This document shows, piece by piece, positions 9,697-18,605 of a DNA stretch of 64,000 nt. Source of the DNA: Actinomycetota bacterium. Lineage in GTDB: Bacteria; Actinomycetota; Actinomycetes; JAKEEW01. Position 1 is the first letter of the stretch. Each line of letters begins with the position of its first letter. Where the stretch lies: positions 36,816-100,815 of the forward strand of contig JBKPTD010000080.1 of NCBI GenBank assembly GCA_046735375.1, in the 5' to 3' direction. A program made the translations under genes and the position numbers. Below the pieces are notes generated by a model. The model saw only the letters and a program-made list of their open reading frames with translations. It made no database searches and was not told the DNA's origin.

Positions 9697-10620
9697 TCAG
9701 AAGGCGCCGAGCACGTCCACCGCGAAGACCAGCGTCTCGTTCTTCTTGATCCCACCTTCTGGGCGGCCCGCCTTGCCGTATCCGGAATCCGGCGGGATCA
9801 CCAGCAGAACCCGGCTGCCGGTCTTCACACCCGTCAACCCTTCGACCCAGCCCTTGATGACCTTGGAGTCATCGAGGGTGAAGGAGGCCGGCTCGTTGCG
9901 TTTCCATGAGGAGTCGAACTCCTTGCCCGTGCTCCAGCTCAGGCCGACGTATTTGACGACAACCAGGTCGCCCTTCGCGACAGTGGCACCGTCGCCCTCG
10001 ATCACAGTCCGGACGGTGGTTTTGGCGGGCGGCTTCGCCGTGGTCGGGATCGTGATCGTCGGCTTCTTGTCCCCCGCGCCACTTACCGCCGGCAGAGCGC
10101 CGCCACCGCCCGATGCGACCGCTGCGTTCAGGCTCGACGTGGGCGCATAGGACCCGAGCACGTCGACGACGAAGACCAGCGTGTCGTCGGGCTTGATGCC
10201 GGCGTCCGGCAGGCCTTTGGTTCCAAACCCCTTGTCCGGCGGTATGACCAGCAGGACCCGGCTGCCCACGTTCTTACCAACGAGACCGTCGACCCAGCCG
10301 GTGATGATCGGATCCTTGCCGAGCCGGAAGCTCACCGGTGCCCGTCCGTAAGAGGTGTCGAACGCCTTGTTGTCCCGCCACAGCTGTCCGAGGTAGTTGA
10401 CAACTACAAGGTCGCCTTTGGCCACCTTCGCACCATCGCCCGCGGTGATCACGTTGGACACAAGGGTCTTGCTCGGGTCCCGGTCGGGCGCCGTCACCGT
10501 CGGCTTCTCACCGCTCTTGCCGGTGACGGTGGGCAATGAGGTGGCGTCCTCGCCTCCTCCACACGCAGCGAGCGAGGCGGCGAGGAGGGCGGCGGCGACG
10601 AGCGGGAACAGACGGCGCAC
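9697..10620 (-). CDS. Lipoprotein with two tandem FKBP-type peptidyl-prolyl isomerase domains
   Basis: Lipobox LAASLAAC. Two FKBP_C repeats are present (GDLVVVNYLGQLW..GWVDGLVG..GSRVLLVIPP and GDLVVVKYVGLSW..GWVEGLTG..GSRVLLVIPP). A GTG start at 10620 avoids overlap with pafA. Confidence 0.88.
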   Translation of the reverse strand: MRRLFPLVAAALLAASLAACGGGEDATSLPTVTGKSGEKPTVTAPDRDPSKTLVSNVITAGDGAKVAKGDLVVVNYLGQLWRDNKAFDTSYGRAPVSFRLGKDPIITGWVDGLVGKNVGSRVLLVIPPDKGFGTKGLPDAGIKPDDTLVFVVDVLGSYAPTSSLNAAVASGGGGALPAVSGAGDKKPTITIPTTAKPPAKTTVRTVIEGDGATVAKGDLVVVKYVGLSWSTGKEFDSSWKRNEPASFTLDDSKVIKGWVEGLTGVKTGSRVLLVIPPDSGYGKAGRPEGGIKKNETLVFAVDVLGAF

Positions 10621-10744
10621 GGTGATTTCGTACTTCCTGATCGGGAGATGCGGCACTGGGACGGCGGCGGGCAGGGTCGCTCCAGCCGCGCGAGGCGGCC
10701 AGCTTACCTGGACGGAGTCGCCGACCCGGAATCGCCAGGTGTGG

Positions 10745-12106
10745 CTACATGCTGGCGATGAGCTTCTCGACCCGGTCGTCGACGGCACGGAACGGGTCCT
10801 TGCACAGGACCGTGCGCTGCGCTTGATCGTTCAGCTTGAGGTGCACCCAATCGACGGTGAAGTCACGCCGGCGTTCCTGCGCACGACGGATGAACTCGCC
10901 ACGCAGCCGGGCCCGGGTGGTCTGTGGGGGGACGGACTTCGCCTCGAAAACGTCGAGATCACGGGCGACGCGTTCGGCAGCACCCCGCCGCTCGAGCAGG
11001 TAGTAGAGACCGCGGTGCCGGTTGATGTCGTGATAGGCAAGGTCGAGTTGCGCGATCCGCGGCGACGAGAGCGGGATCTGGTGCTTGGCGCGGTAACGCT
11101 CGATCAGCTTGTACTTGATGACCCAGTCGATCTCCTGGTCGACCGCGTCCAGGTCGCCTGATGAAACCGCGTCGAGGGTGCGCTCCCACAGGTCGAGCAC
11201 GTGCTTGACGATGCCGTCGTCCAGGCCGCGCTTGGCGGCGAAATCTCTCGCCTTACCGAGATACTCGCCCTGGATGTCGAGCGCGCTCGCGTCCCTGCCA
11301 TTGGCGAGCCGCACCCTGCGTCGCCCGGTCATGTCGTGGCTGACCTCCCGGATCGCGCGGATCGGGTTCTCCAGGGTGAGGTCGCGGAGAACGACGCCGG
11401 CCTCGACCATCCGGAGCACGAGATCGGTCGCGCCGACCTTCAGCAGGGTGGTCGTCTCGCTCATGTTCGAGTCGCCGACGATCACGTGGAGCCGCCGGTA
11501 GCGCTCCGCGTCCGCGTGCGGCTCGTCCCTTGTGTTGATGATCGGCCGGGATCGGGTCGTGGCCGAGGACACACCCTCCCAGATGTGCTCCGCCCGCTGG
11601 CTCACGCAGTAGACCGCCCCCCGAGGCGTTTGCAGCACCTTGCCCGCGCCGCAGATGAGCTGCCTGGTGACGAGGAACGGGATAAGGACATCGGCCAGCC
11701 GCGCGAACTCCCCGTGCCGTGCCACTAGGTAGTTTTCGTGGCAGCCGTAGGAGTTTCCCGCCGAGTCGGTGTTGTTCTTGAACAGGTAGACGTCGCCGGC
11801 GATGCCTTCCTCTCGGAGCCGCCGCTCCGCGTCGACAAGCAGGCCCTCGAGGATCCGCTCCCCGGCCTTGTCATGGACAACCAGATCGATCAGCGAGTCG
11901 CACTCTGGAGTCGCGTACTCGGGGTGGCTGCCCACGTCGAGGTAGAGCCTCGCGCCGTTCCGCAAGAAGACGTTGCTGCTGCGCCCCCATGAGACGACGC
12001 GCCGAAACAGATACCGCGCCACCTCATCGGGGGAAAGTCGGCGCTGGCCTCGGAACGTACACGTCACGCCATACTCGTTCTCCAGGCCGAAGATCCTTCT
12101 GTCCAT
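10745..12106 (-). CDS. pafA: Pup--protein ligase PafA
   Basis: [14 protein letters not shown]-terminus and a carboxylate-amine ligase fold. It is paralogous to the dop-like ORF at 24515 but is not adjacent to pup. The ATG at 12106 gives about 453 aa. Confidence 0.92.
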   Translation of the reverse strand: MDRRIFGLENEYGVTCTFRGQRRLSPDEVARYLFRRVVSWGRSSNVFLRNGARLYLDVGSHPEYATPECDSLIDLVVHDKAGERILEGLLVDAERRLREEGIAGDVYLFKNNTDSAGNSYGCHENYLVARHGEFARLADVLIPFLVTRQLICGAGKVLQTPRGAVYCVSQRAEHIWEGVSSATTRSRPIINTRDEPHADAERYRRLHVIVGDSNMSETTTLLKVGATDLVLRMVEAGVVLRDLTLENPIRAIREVSHDMTGRRRVRLANGRDASALDIQGEYLGKARDFAAKRGLDDGIVKHVLDLWERTLDAVSSGDLDAVDQEIDWVIKYKLIERYRAKHQIPLSSPRIAQLDLAYHDINRHRGLYYLLERRGAAERVARDLDVFEAKSVPPQTTRARLRGEFIRRAQERRRDFTVDWVHLKLNDQAQRTVLCKDPFRAVDDRVEKLIASM

Positions 12107-12361
12107 CCCTGGCCCACTCCCCGGCTCGGTCGCTCCGGACACTCCCGCTGCCTTCCGGCGCTCTTCCAACCTACGGCGCACTGGGCTCCTCGGCCATGGC
12201 GCGACTGGGCATCGATGTCCCTCGAACATTGAAGCCAAGCCCGCGTCGCGGGCGAGCGCTCGTGTTCCAGCCCGAAGATCCTTTGCTGGTGGGGAGAGTG
12301 AGCATCCTGGTGACACTGGAGACCCGGTCAGCTGGAGCCCGTCTTGAACGCCGCGCCCTCG

Positions 12362-12637
12362 TCAGCTGTCGTAGTGGTGGCGGCAGCCGATGATCGTCAC
12401 CGTCTCCTTGCCATCGGTATCAACACCGATCACATAGACGAGGCGATGCTCGTCGGTGATCCGACGCGACCACGCCCCGGCAAGGCTGTAGCGCAGTGGC
12501 TCCGGCTTGCCGACCCCAGTGAACGGGTCTCGAGTGATGTCATCGATCAGTCGATCGATCTTCTTCAGAATCGCACGATCGGTGTTCTGCCAGTAGAGGT
12601 AGTCTCGCCACCCGGTCGAAACGAATATGATCTTCAC
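12362..12637 (-). CDS. yoeB: YoeB/Txe-family mRNA interferase toxin
   Basis: Near full-length match to E. coli YoeB (GWRDYLYWQNTDRAILKKI..GKPEPL..WSRRITDEHRLVY..CRHHY). The catalytic Glu/Arg/His/Tyr positions are retained. Confidence 0.95.
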   Translation of the reverse strand: MKIIFVSTGWRDYLYWQNTDRAILKKIDRLIDDITRDPFTGVGKPEPLRYSLAGAWSRRITDEHRLVYVIGVDTDGKETVTIIGCRHHYDS

Positions 12638-12885
12638 GACCGATCGAGTTCGCGCTCGATCCCCTCTCCCCCACGCGCCTCGGCCAAGCCCGCGACCAGC
12701 CAGGCCGCGTTCGCCGGCGACCGCAGGAGGTATGCCGTCTCCTCGATCGAATCCCAATCTTCCTTCGAGACCAGCACCGCATTGCCGTGTTTCGAGACGA
12801 TCTCTACCGGCGTGTGGTCATCGTTGACCTGCTCGATCAATGGGAAGAGGCGCTTGCGCGCCTCGCTCGCGGTGATCGCCGTCAT
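12634..12885 (-). CDS. yefM: Phd/YefM-family antitoxin
   Basis: ITASEARKRL..SIEETAYLLRSPANA matches YefM. Its stop overlaps the toxin GTG by 4 nt (GTGA). Confidence 0.95.
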   Translation of the reverse strand: MTAITASEARKRLFPLIEQVNDDHTPVEIVSKHGNAVLVSKEDWDSIEETAYLLRSPANAAWLVAGLAEARGGEGIERELDRS

Positions 12886-12906
12886 CGTGTCCGTCCGTGC
12901 CAAGTC

Positions 12907-12922
12907 GTACCGAATATGGTAC
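12907..12922. promoter_or_regulatory. Putative YefM-YoeB operator (two GTAC cores 12 bp apart)
   Basis: GTACCGAATATGGTAC lies 22-37 nt upstream of the yefM ATG and has inverted 5-bp arms. The E. coli yefM-yoeB operator uses TGTACA cores with 12-bp centre spacing. Confidence 0.5.
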
Positions 12923-13130
12923 CATGTCCTCGCGACGGCAACAGCGTCCTCGCCGGATCTCCCCCGGCGAGGGACCGCAGGGTCGCGGGGACCGCACGGT
13001 ACGGGTCGGCTCGCCCGCGAGCACGACGGCCTTCCCATCGGACTTCTAGGAGCCCCGCCGGAGAACGTAGAGCCGGATCTCTCCAAGGCATGCAACTGGC
13101 CCCTGGCCACAACCCAGGGCGCCGCAAGGA

Positions 13131-13169
13131 GATGGCCTCGATCCCTTGGGGGAAAGGAGTCGAGGCCAT
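13131..13169. other. Orphan long hairpin / palindrome in a non-coding gap
   Basis: GATGGCCTCGA..(18 nt)..TCGAGGCCATC forms a perfect 11-bp stem. CCTT/AAGG pairing inside the loop can extend it. No T-tract follows on either strand. Confidence 0.5.
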
Positions 13170-13577
13170 CGTGTCTCACACGTTAGCGGACCGGCGGCGT
13201 TGCGGGGACTAATACCATTCACGCGGCTCGTGGGCCTCAGGCGGCAAGCCCGGGACCGGCCGCTGGAGCCCTCGCTGTCGCGACGGAATGAGCGCATCTG
13301 CAGTAGTCTCAGTCCGCCTCGTCCCCCAGATAGCAGGCCCCCGGCGGCCGATGCCGGCACGACCAGCCGTCCCCGGCCACGGTCGCGTGCGCGACCGTCC
13401 GGTAGTGGCCGGCTGATGTCAGGAGGCTAGGCGGGCAGCGCCGAGTGCGCATCGTCAGAACTGTGTAGACGGCTATGTATCCGGGCGCGGCCGGTGCCGC
13501 CATGGTGTCGGCGCTATGGTGGCTAGAAGTACCAGTAGCGGACTAAGACTGCTGAGGAACGAGAGGCGGAAGAGGTA

Positions 13578-16088
13578 ATAGAGATCCGCGCCGATTTACC
13601 TCAGGAACCGAACAGCTTCATCGGCCGGGAGCGGGAACTCGGCGAACTGCGCGAGCTGGTCGGCACCACCCGCGCGCTGACACTGTGCGGAACAGGCGGG
13701 ATCGGGAAGACGAGGCTGGCGCTGCGGCTCATTGGCGAGGTCGCGGATAGCTTTCCCGATGGCGCATGGTACGTCGAATTGGGCGATCTGCGGCAACCCG
13801 ATCTCGTCGTTTCCCGGGTGGCCTCGGTCATTGGCGTGAGCGAAGAACCCGCGCGCCCGCTGCTGGAGACTCTCGCGGACGCGCTGCGGCCGCGGCGGCT
13901 GCTGCTGGCCCTGGACAACTGTGAGCATCTGATCGACGCCTGCGCCCGGCTCTGCCAGCGCCTGGTGGCCAGCTCGCCCGGCTCCCGGCTGATAGCTACG
14001 AGCCGGGAGCCGCTGCGGGTGGCCGCCGAGACGGTCTGGCAGGTGCCGCCGCTGTCCTTCCCGCCCGCTGGCGCATCGGCCACCCTCGACGGCCCAAGCA
14101 GCTACGAGGCGGTCAGGCTGTTCGCCGAGCGGGCTGCTGCCTCCCTGCCCGGCTTCACCGTCGGCCCGGACAACGCCGCAGCCGTGATCGCGCTCTGCCG
14201 TGCGCTCGACGGCATCCCATTGGCGATCGAACTGGCAGCCGCCCGGGTGCGGGTGCTGTCGATTGAGCAGATCACGGCCCGGTTGGCTGATCGCTTCGGC
14301 CTGCTCACGACCGGGGGCCGGACGGGCCCACCCCGGCACCGCACCCTGCGCGCTGCCATCGACTGGAGCTACGGCCTGCTGACCCCCAGGGAGCAGGTGC
14401 TGCTGCGGCGCCTGTCGGTCTTCGCCGGCTGGTCGCTGGAGATGGCCGAGCATGTCTGCTCCGACCGCCAGATCCCGGCTCAGGACATGCTTGACCTGAT
14501 CGCCGCGCTGGTGGACAAGTCGCTGGTGACGGTTGAGCCGGAGGCGCTCGGCCAGGCTCGCTACCGGCTGCTCGACACCATCCGCGAATACGCTGCGGCG
14601 CAACTGGCTGACGCCGGCGAGGCCGCCGCCTTCCAGCGTCGGCTCCGCGACTACACGCTGGAGGTGGCGGAGCGCAACCACGCGATCGGGATGGCGCAGA
14701 TCCCGGCCCCCTGGCCGGTTCGGGTGGACGTCTTCCGCCGCTACGACACCGACCGGGAGAATGTGTGGCAGGTGCTGAGCTGGTGCCTGACGGACGCGGA
14801 TGCGGAGGCAGGGCTGCGGATCTGCACCGGGGTTCGGCCATGCTGGATCGTCCGGGGTGTCTTCGCCGAGGGCGGCGAATGGCTGGACTCCTTCCTGGCA
14901 CTCGATGCGCCGGGTGTGCCCGCCACGGTCCGCGGCGCCGCCTTGGTGGGACGTGCGCAGCTCGCCCTCTCCAGCGACCCGGCCGCGGCCGGGGCCTGGG
15001 CCGGGGAAGGGCTGGCCCTCGCCCGCGCCGCCGGCGACGGCTTCTGGACGGCCGCAGCGCTCAACCTGCTCAGCGAGATCGCACTGCACACGGGGCGGGC
15101 AGCCGACGCGGCCGCCCGCGCGGGCGAAGCCCTCGCCGTAGCGCAGGCGGGCGGCGACCGGTGGAACGAGGGATACGCACTCGGCATCCGCGCGGCGCTG
15201 GCGGCAGAGCAGGGCAGGCTGGCAGACGCGCAGGAGCTCGCGGAGGGCTCGCTCAGCATCATGCGCGGCATCGACCAGCAGTGGGGCGCCGCCCGTGCCC
15301 TGCTCGGCCTTGGTGACCTGGCCCGGCTCCGCGGCGAACCTGGCTACGCCCGTCCCCGTTACCTGGAGGCGCTGGCCATCCTGCGGGAGATAGATGCGCG
15401 GCCGGAAATCGCCCGGTGTCTCGCTGGACTCGGGCGGGTAGCCATGGACCTGGGCGCCATCGGGCAGGCAAGGGAGCACCTCGCCGAGAGCCTCCGGCTG
15501 AGCCATGCCACCGGTACCCGCATCGGTGTGGCCCGGGGCCTCGAGGCATTCGCCGCCCTGGCCGTTCAGGAAGGCCGGCCGGAGCTGGCGGTGCAGCTGG
15601 CCGCCGCCGCGAGCACGCTGCGGGAGACTGCTGGCCTGCCTGCGCTGCCCGGCGCGCGGGCGCAGAAATACCTGGCTGCTGCCCGCCACCTAGGCGGGGA
15701 GGCGGCCATCGCCCGGCTGTGGGCGCGCAGCCTGGCGATGAGCAGTGAGGCGGCGGTCGGACTGGCGCTGGACCCGCCACAGGCGACGGCTATGAGCAGC
15801 AGAGGCACCCTCCCCGGAGCCGCAGTCGGACCCACAGAACCGGCCGCCCTGCCCGGCGCGCTCACGCCACGGGAGCGCCAGGTCGCCGCCCTAGTCGCCA
15901 GCGGCCGCAGCAACAAGGCCATCGCCGAGGAGCTGTATATCAGCCCCGCCACGGCCGCCCGGCACGTCGCCAACATCCTCGCCAAGCTCGGATTCAGGTC
16001 GCGCACCCAGATCGCCGTCTGGGCGGCAGACCAGCAGTTCAACCGCACCAGCCAGCCCGCCAGTACCGGCCCGGCCAGGCTGGCCTAG
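13578..16088 (+). CDS. STAND (NB-ARC-like P-loop) - TPR - LuxR-HTH transcriptional regulator; start codon non-canonical or lost
   Basis: The frame is open from 13539. It has Walker A GTGGIGKT at 13689-13712, an NB-ARC-like core (LLLALDNCEHL), TPR-like repeats, and a C-terminal LuxR HTH (RERQVAALVASGRSNKAIAEELYISPATAARHV). The first ATG/GTG/TTG in frame is at 13779, downstream of the P-loop. An ATA at 13578 is preceded by purine-rich GGAAGAGG. Confidence 0.7.
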   Translation: MEIRADLPQEPNSFIGRERELGELRELVGTTRALTLCGTGGIGKTRLALRLIGEVADSFPDGAWYVELGDLRQPDLVVSRVASVIGVSEEPARPLLETLADALRPRRLLLALDNCEHLIDACARLCQRLVASSPGSRLIATSREPLRVAAETVWQVPPLSFPPAGASATLDGPSSYEAVRLFAERAAASLPGFTVGPDNAAAVIALCRALDGIPLAIELAAARVRVLSIEQITARLADRFGLLTTGGRTGPPRHRTLRAAIDWSYGLLTPREQVLLRRLSVFAGWSLEMAEHVCSDRQIPAQDMLDLIAALVDKSLVTVEPEALGQARYRLLDTIREYAAAQLADAGEAAAFQRRLRDYTLEVAERNHAIGMAQIPAPWPVRVDVFRRYDTDRENVWQVLSWCLTDADAEAGLRICTGVRPCWIVRGVFAEGGEWLDSFLALDAPGVPATVRGAALVGRAQLALSSDPAAAGAWAGEGLALARAAGDGFWTAAALNLLSEIALHTGRAADAAARAGEALAVAQAGGDRWNEGYALGIRAALAAEQGRLADAQELAEGSLSIMRGIDQQWGAARALLGLGDLARLRGEPGYARPRYLEALAILREIDARPEIARCLAGLGRVAMDLGAIGQAREHLAESLRLSHATGTRIGVARGLEAFAALAVQEGRPELAVQLAAAASTLRETAGLPALPGARAQKYLAAARHLGGEAAIARLWARSLAMSSEAAVGLALDPPQATAMSSRGTLPGAAVGPTEPAALPGALTPRERQVAALVASGRSNKAIAEELYISPATAARHVANILAKLGFRSRTQIAVWAADQQFNRTSQPASTGPARLA

Positions 16089-16363
16089 CGCCCAGCAGGC
16101 CAGCGGAAACACCGGCGAGCCGGAGGCGGGCACCTGCGCACGGGCGCGAAAATTGTGGGTTGATGGCCTGTGGGAGCACAGGAACTCGATTCGTGTTCCT
16201 GTCAGCCATGAACCGGACGCTGCCTTGGGCGGCGCCGGGGCGCACCTCGGTCGCGTCGACGACTGTCCGTTCGGCGTTCTCATGCGACTTCAGCGAAGGC
16301 CGAGGTCGGTCGCCAACACTCCCCGCATCCTGGTGCCTCCCGCTTCGGCCGGCGCACGCGCCG

Positions 16364-16700
16364 TCATGACCGGGAGCGCATGTCGGCGATCGTCTCGTGC
16401 AGCGCGGCGTCCAGCGGTGTCGGACTGATACCGAACGCCACCGTGGCGGCTGTGGAGTCCAGCACGAATGGCTTCCGGAACTAGTACCGGGTCTCCCGCG
16501 CCGCGCGTGCCATCGGGTTGAACAGCCCGCCAAGCCATAGCACCGGGTAGGGCATCGCGGACAGCCGCGGAGCCGGTACGCCGGCCAGCTCGGCGACCCG
16601 GGTCGCCACTTCGCGGAACGACTTCGGCGGCCCAGATCGAGGAACGTACGGCGCTGAGTAGCTGCATCGGGAGAGTCCGATCGGACAACTTCCGTGCCGG
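16364..16700 (-). pseudogene. 3' remnant of an NAD(P)-dependent epimerase/NmrA-like SDR gene
   Basis: The C-terminal-like sequence ..GPPKSFREVATRVAELAGV..LWLGGLFNPMARAARETRY is interrupted by an in-frame TAG (16481-16483). It then continues FRKPFVLDSTAATVAFGISPTPLDAALHETIADM to a TGA at 16364. Upstream the frame is lost and no Rossmann N-terminus is present. Confidence 0.6.
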
Positions 16701-16839
16701 AACGGCCATCGCGATCCGAATCGGAGCCACCGGTCTGTCCCCCGCGGGCTACCGCGCGGCCTACGGAGTAGGCAACGGCCCGACCAAGTGAGCGCCCTGC
16801 CCGGACATCGGCCGATCTCCGGCTCACGATCCGGTACCC

Positions 16840-17520
16840 CTATGGGTTGGACGCCTGCACCAGCGACAAGACGTGGCGCAGGCCGCGTTGCCCCGAAGGA
16901 GCTGACCGCGGCAGCAGGAGCACGCTGAGTCCGGCTGCCACCGCCCCGGCGTCGGTGAGTGGGCTGTCTCCCACCATGAGGGTGTTGGCGGGACCGACCC
17001 CCAGCCGATGGCAGGCGGTGAGGAACGCTGATGGATCGGGCTTGCAAACCCCGCACTCAAAGGACAGGACCACCGTGTCCAGGAAGGGGGTGAGCCCGAG
17101 CGCGTCGAACACCGGCCGCAGATCGAATCCAGTGTCGCTGACGATACCTATCCGCACGCCGAGGTCGCGCAGCGCCCTCAGTGTGGGCAGCGTGTCGGGG
17201 AAGACCTCCCACGACCGCACGTTGACCGTTTGGGCGTACAGCGCGTCGCTCAACCCGGGGGCCAGACGATCACATCCTGCCTCGACATAGAGCGCCGTCC
17301 ACACCTCGCGATGCCGTGCCGGGGACAGGTCACGGCCCTTGGCCAGCTCCGCTGGTGTGCTGGCTTGGGCCAGCACTCGCTGCCAGGCACGCGCCGCATC
17401 CTCCGTGTCGAGGCTGTCGTGGCGCAGTGTCGCGGCGGCGCGGTGCAACAGCTGCTCGCCCCCGCCGGAGAGCCGGATCAGCGTGTCGCCAGCGTCGAAA
17501 AGTACCGCCAGAAAGGTCAC
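16840..17520 (-). CDS. HAD-superfamily hydrolase (subfamily IA-like)
   Basis: Motif I is LFDAGDTLI. VSDTG and KPDP motifs are present, and MVGDSPLTDAG matches motif IV. There is a 4-nt overlap with the upstream GT4 gene. Confidence 0.85.
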   Translation of the reverse strand: MTFLAVLFDAGDTLIRLSGGGEQLLHRAAATLRHDSLDTEDAARAWQRVLAQASTPAELAKGRDLSPARHREVWTALYVEAGCDRLAPGLSDALYAQTVNVRSWEVFPDTLPTLRALRDLGVRIGIVSDTGFDLRPVFDALGLTPFLDTVVLSFECGVCKPDPSAFLTACHRLGVGPANTLMVGDSPLTDAGAVAAGLSVLLLPRSAPSGQRGLRHVLSLVQASNP

Positions 17521-18605
17521 GCTGTCGCCTCTCGCACGATCACGCGCAACTCGGCGAAGAGCTGCTTCGCTGTCTCCTGCCAGGTGGGAAACGTGGCGGC
17601 ACGCCGGCGAGCCGCCCCCGCGAGTCGACGGCGCAACGGCTCATCCTCTGCCAGCGACCCGAGCGCGGCGGTGAGCGCTGCACGGTCACCCCGTGCTATC
17701 ACGCGCCCTTCGACGCCATCGCGGGCCAGGTAGGGCAGGTTACCGGTGTCCCATCCCACGACGGGCAGCCCAGCCGCCATCGCCTCGCCGTAGACCGTGC
17801 CGTACGGCTCCCGCACGCTGGTCAGGGCGAACACGTCCGCCGCCTGATAGAACCCGGCCACCTCGTTGACGGACCGTGGTCCGTGTACGACCACCCGGCC
17901 GACGAGATCCGGAGCCGTAATCCGGGCTCGCACGCGCGCGGCATAGCCGGGATCGGTCTGCGTATCCCCCACAAGATGCAGCGTGACCGAATCTGGCGGC
18001 AGCGCTGCGACCGCATCAAGCAGATCGAGCAGCCCCTTGCGCGCCACCCAGTTTCCCACGGCCAAGACGGCTGCCTTCCGCCCGGCTCGGAGGTCAGCGA
18101 GCGGCAGGACGATGTTTGAGGCGACGTCCCTTCCCGGCGGGATGACCCGGAGCAGCTCCTCGGGAACGCCACAAGCGCCCATCTCCTCCGCGAGTGAGGC
18201 GCTGGCAACGAGCAGCCGGGCGGCCTGACGGTGGACACGGCGATCAAGGACTGCCTGCACGCGGGTACGGGCCGGACCATGGTCGATGCCGCCCGGGGGC
18301 TGGTGCACCATCCCCACCAGCGGGACGGGCGACCTACGGCGCGCACGCCACGGCCCGACGAAGGCGGCGGCGATGCTGTCCAGAAGCAGGACATCGGGCC
18401 GGCGCCGGGCCACCGCCCGGAGCACGGCGGGACCGGCCAGCGTGGGAAGCGGGAAAGGCCAGGCCGGAAAGGAGACGAATTCCACTCGGGCACCACACGC
18501 CGGCGCCAGCGCAGCAATCCGCCGGTGATACAGATAGCCGCCGGTCATCGTCTGTGGGTTGCCCAACGTTACGAGGGAAACGTTGAGGACGTGCGAGTCA
18601 TCCAT
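17517..18605 (-). CDS. GT4-family (GT-B fold) glycosyltransferase
   Basis: EX7E-type motif (REPYGTVYGEAMAAGLPVV). The N-terminal strand LNVSLVTLGNP..GGY supports the ATG at 18605 as the start. The ORF track begins at 18806. Confidence 0.85.
   Translation of the reverse strand: MDDSHVLNVSLVTLGNPQTMTGGYLYHRRIAALAPACGARVEFVSFPAWPFPLPTLAGPAVLRAVARRRPDVLLLDSIAAAFVGPWRARRRSPVPLVGMVHQPPGGIDHGPARTRVQAVLDRRVHRQAARLLVASASLAEEMGACGVPEELLRVIPPGRDVASNIVLPLADLRAGRKAAVLAVGNWVARKGLLDLLDAVAALPPDSVTLHLVGDTQTDPGYAARVRARITAPDLVGRVVVHGPRSVNEVAGFYQAADVFALTSVREPYGTVYGEAMAAGLPVVGWDTGNLPYLARDGVEGRVIARGDRAALTAALGSLAEDEPLRRRLAGAARRRAATFPTWQETAKQLFAELRVIVREATA

Noticed and set aside
12107-12316. N-terminal extensions in the ORF track. 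Examples are pafA from 12316, metH from 44837, GT4 from 18806, the ABC ATPase from 36506, dop from 26050, the DAG kinase from 4801 and ADH from 21123.
   Set aside because: The extensions are compositionally non-coding, overlap neighbouring genes or promoters, and precede internal starts that give the canonical family N-terminus, often with a visible SD.
13596-15689. 697-aa ORF antisense to the LuxR-type regulator. Similar long antisense ORFs occur at 41064-44117 (opposite metH), 2113-3789 (opposite helY), 44777-45697, 8411-9634 and 47924-49532.
   Set aside because: These are typical shadow ORFs of a roughly 70% GC genome. Their translations are Arg/Pro/Gly-rich with no motifs, while the opposite strand encodes unmistakable family members with proper third-position GC bias.
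16178-16202. ACAGGAAC..GTTCCTGT inverted repeat that resembles GTGTTCCTCTG..CACAGGAA at 22284-22318. I considered these as terminal repeats bounding the accessory cluster.
   Set aside because: The shared core is only about 8 nt (CACAGGAA), which is expected about twice by chance in 64 kb on two strands. The flanks do not align, and no integrase or transposase is present.
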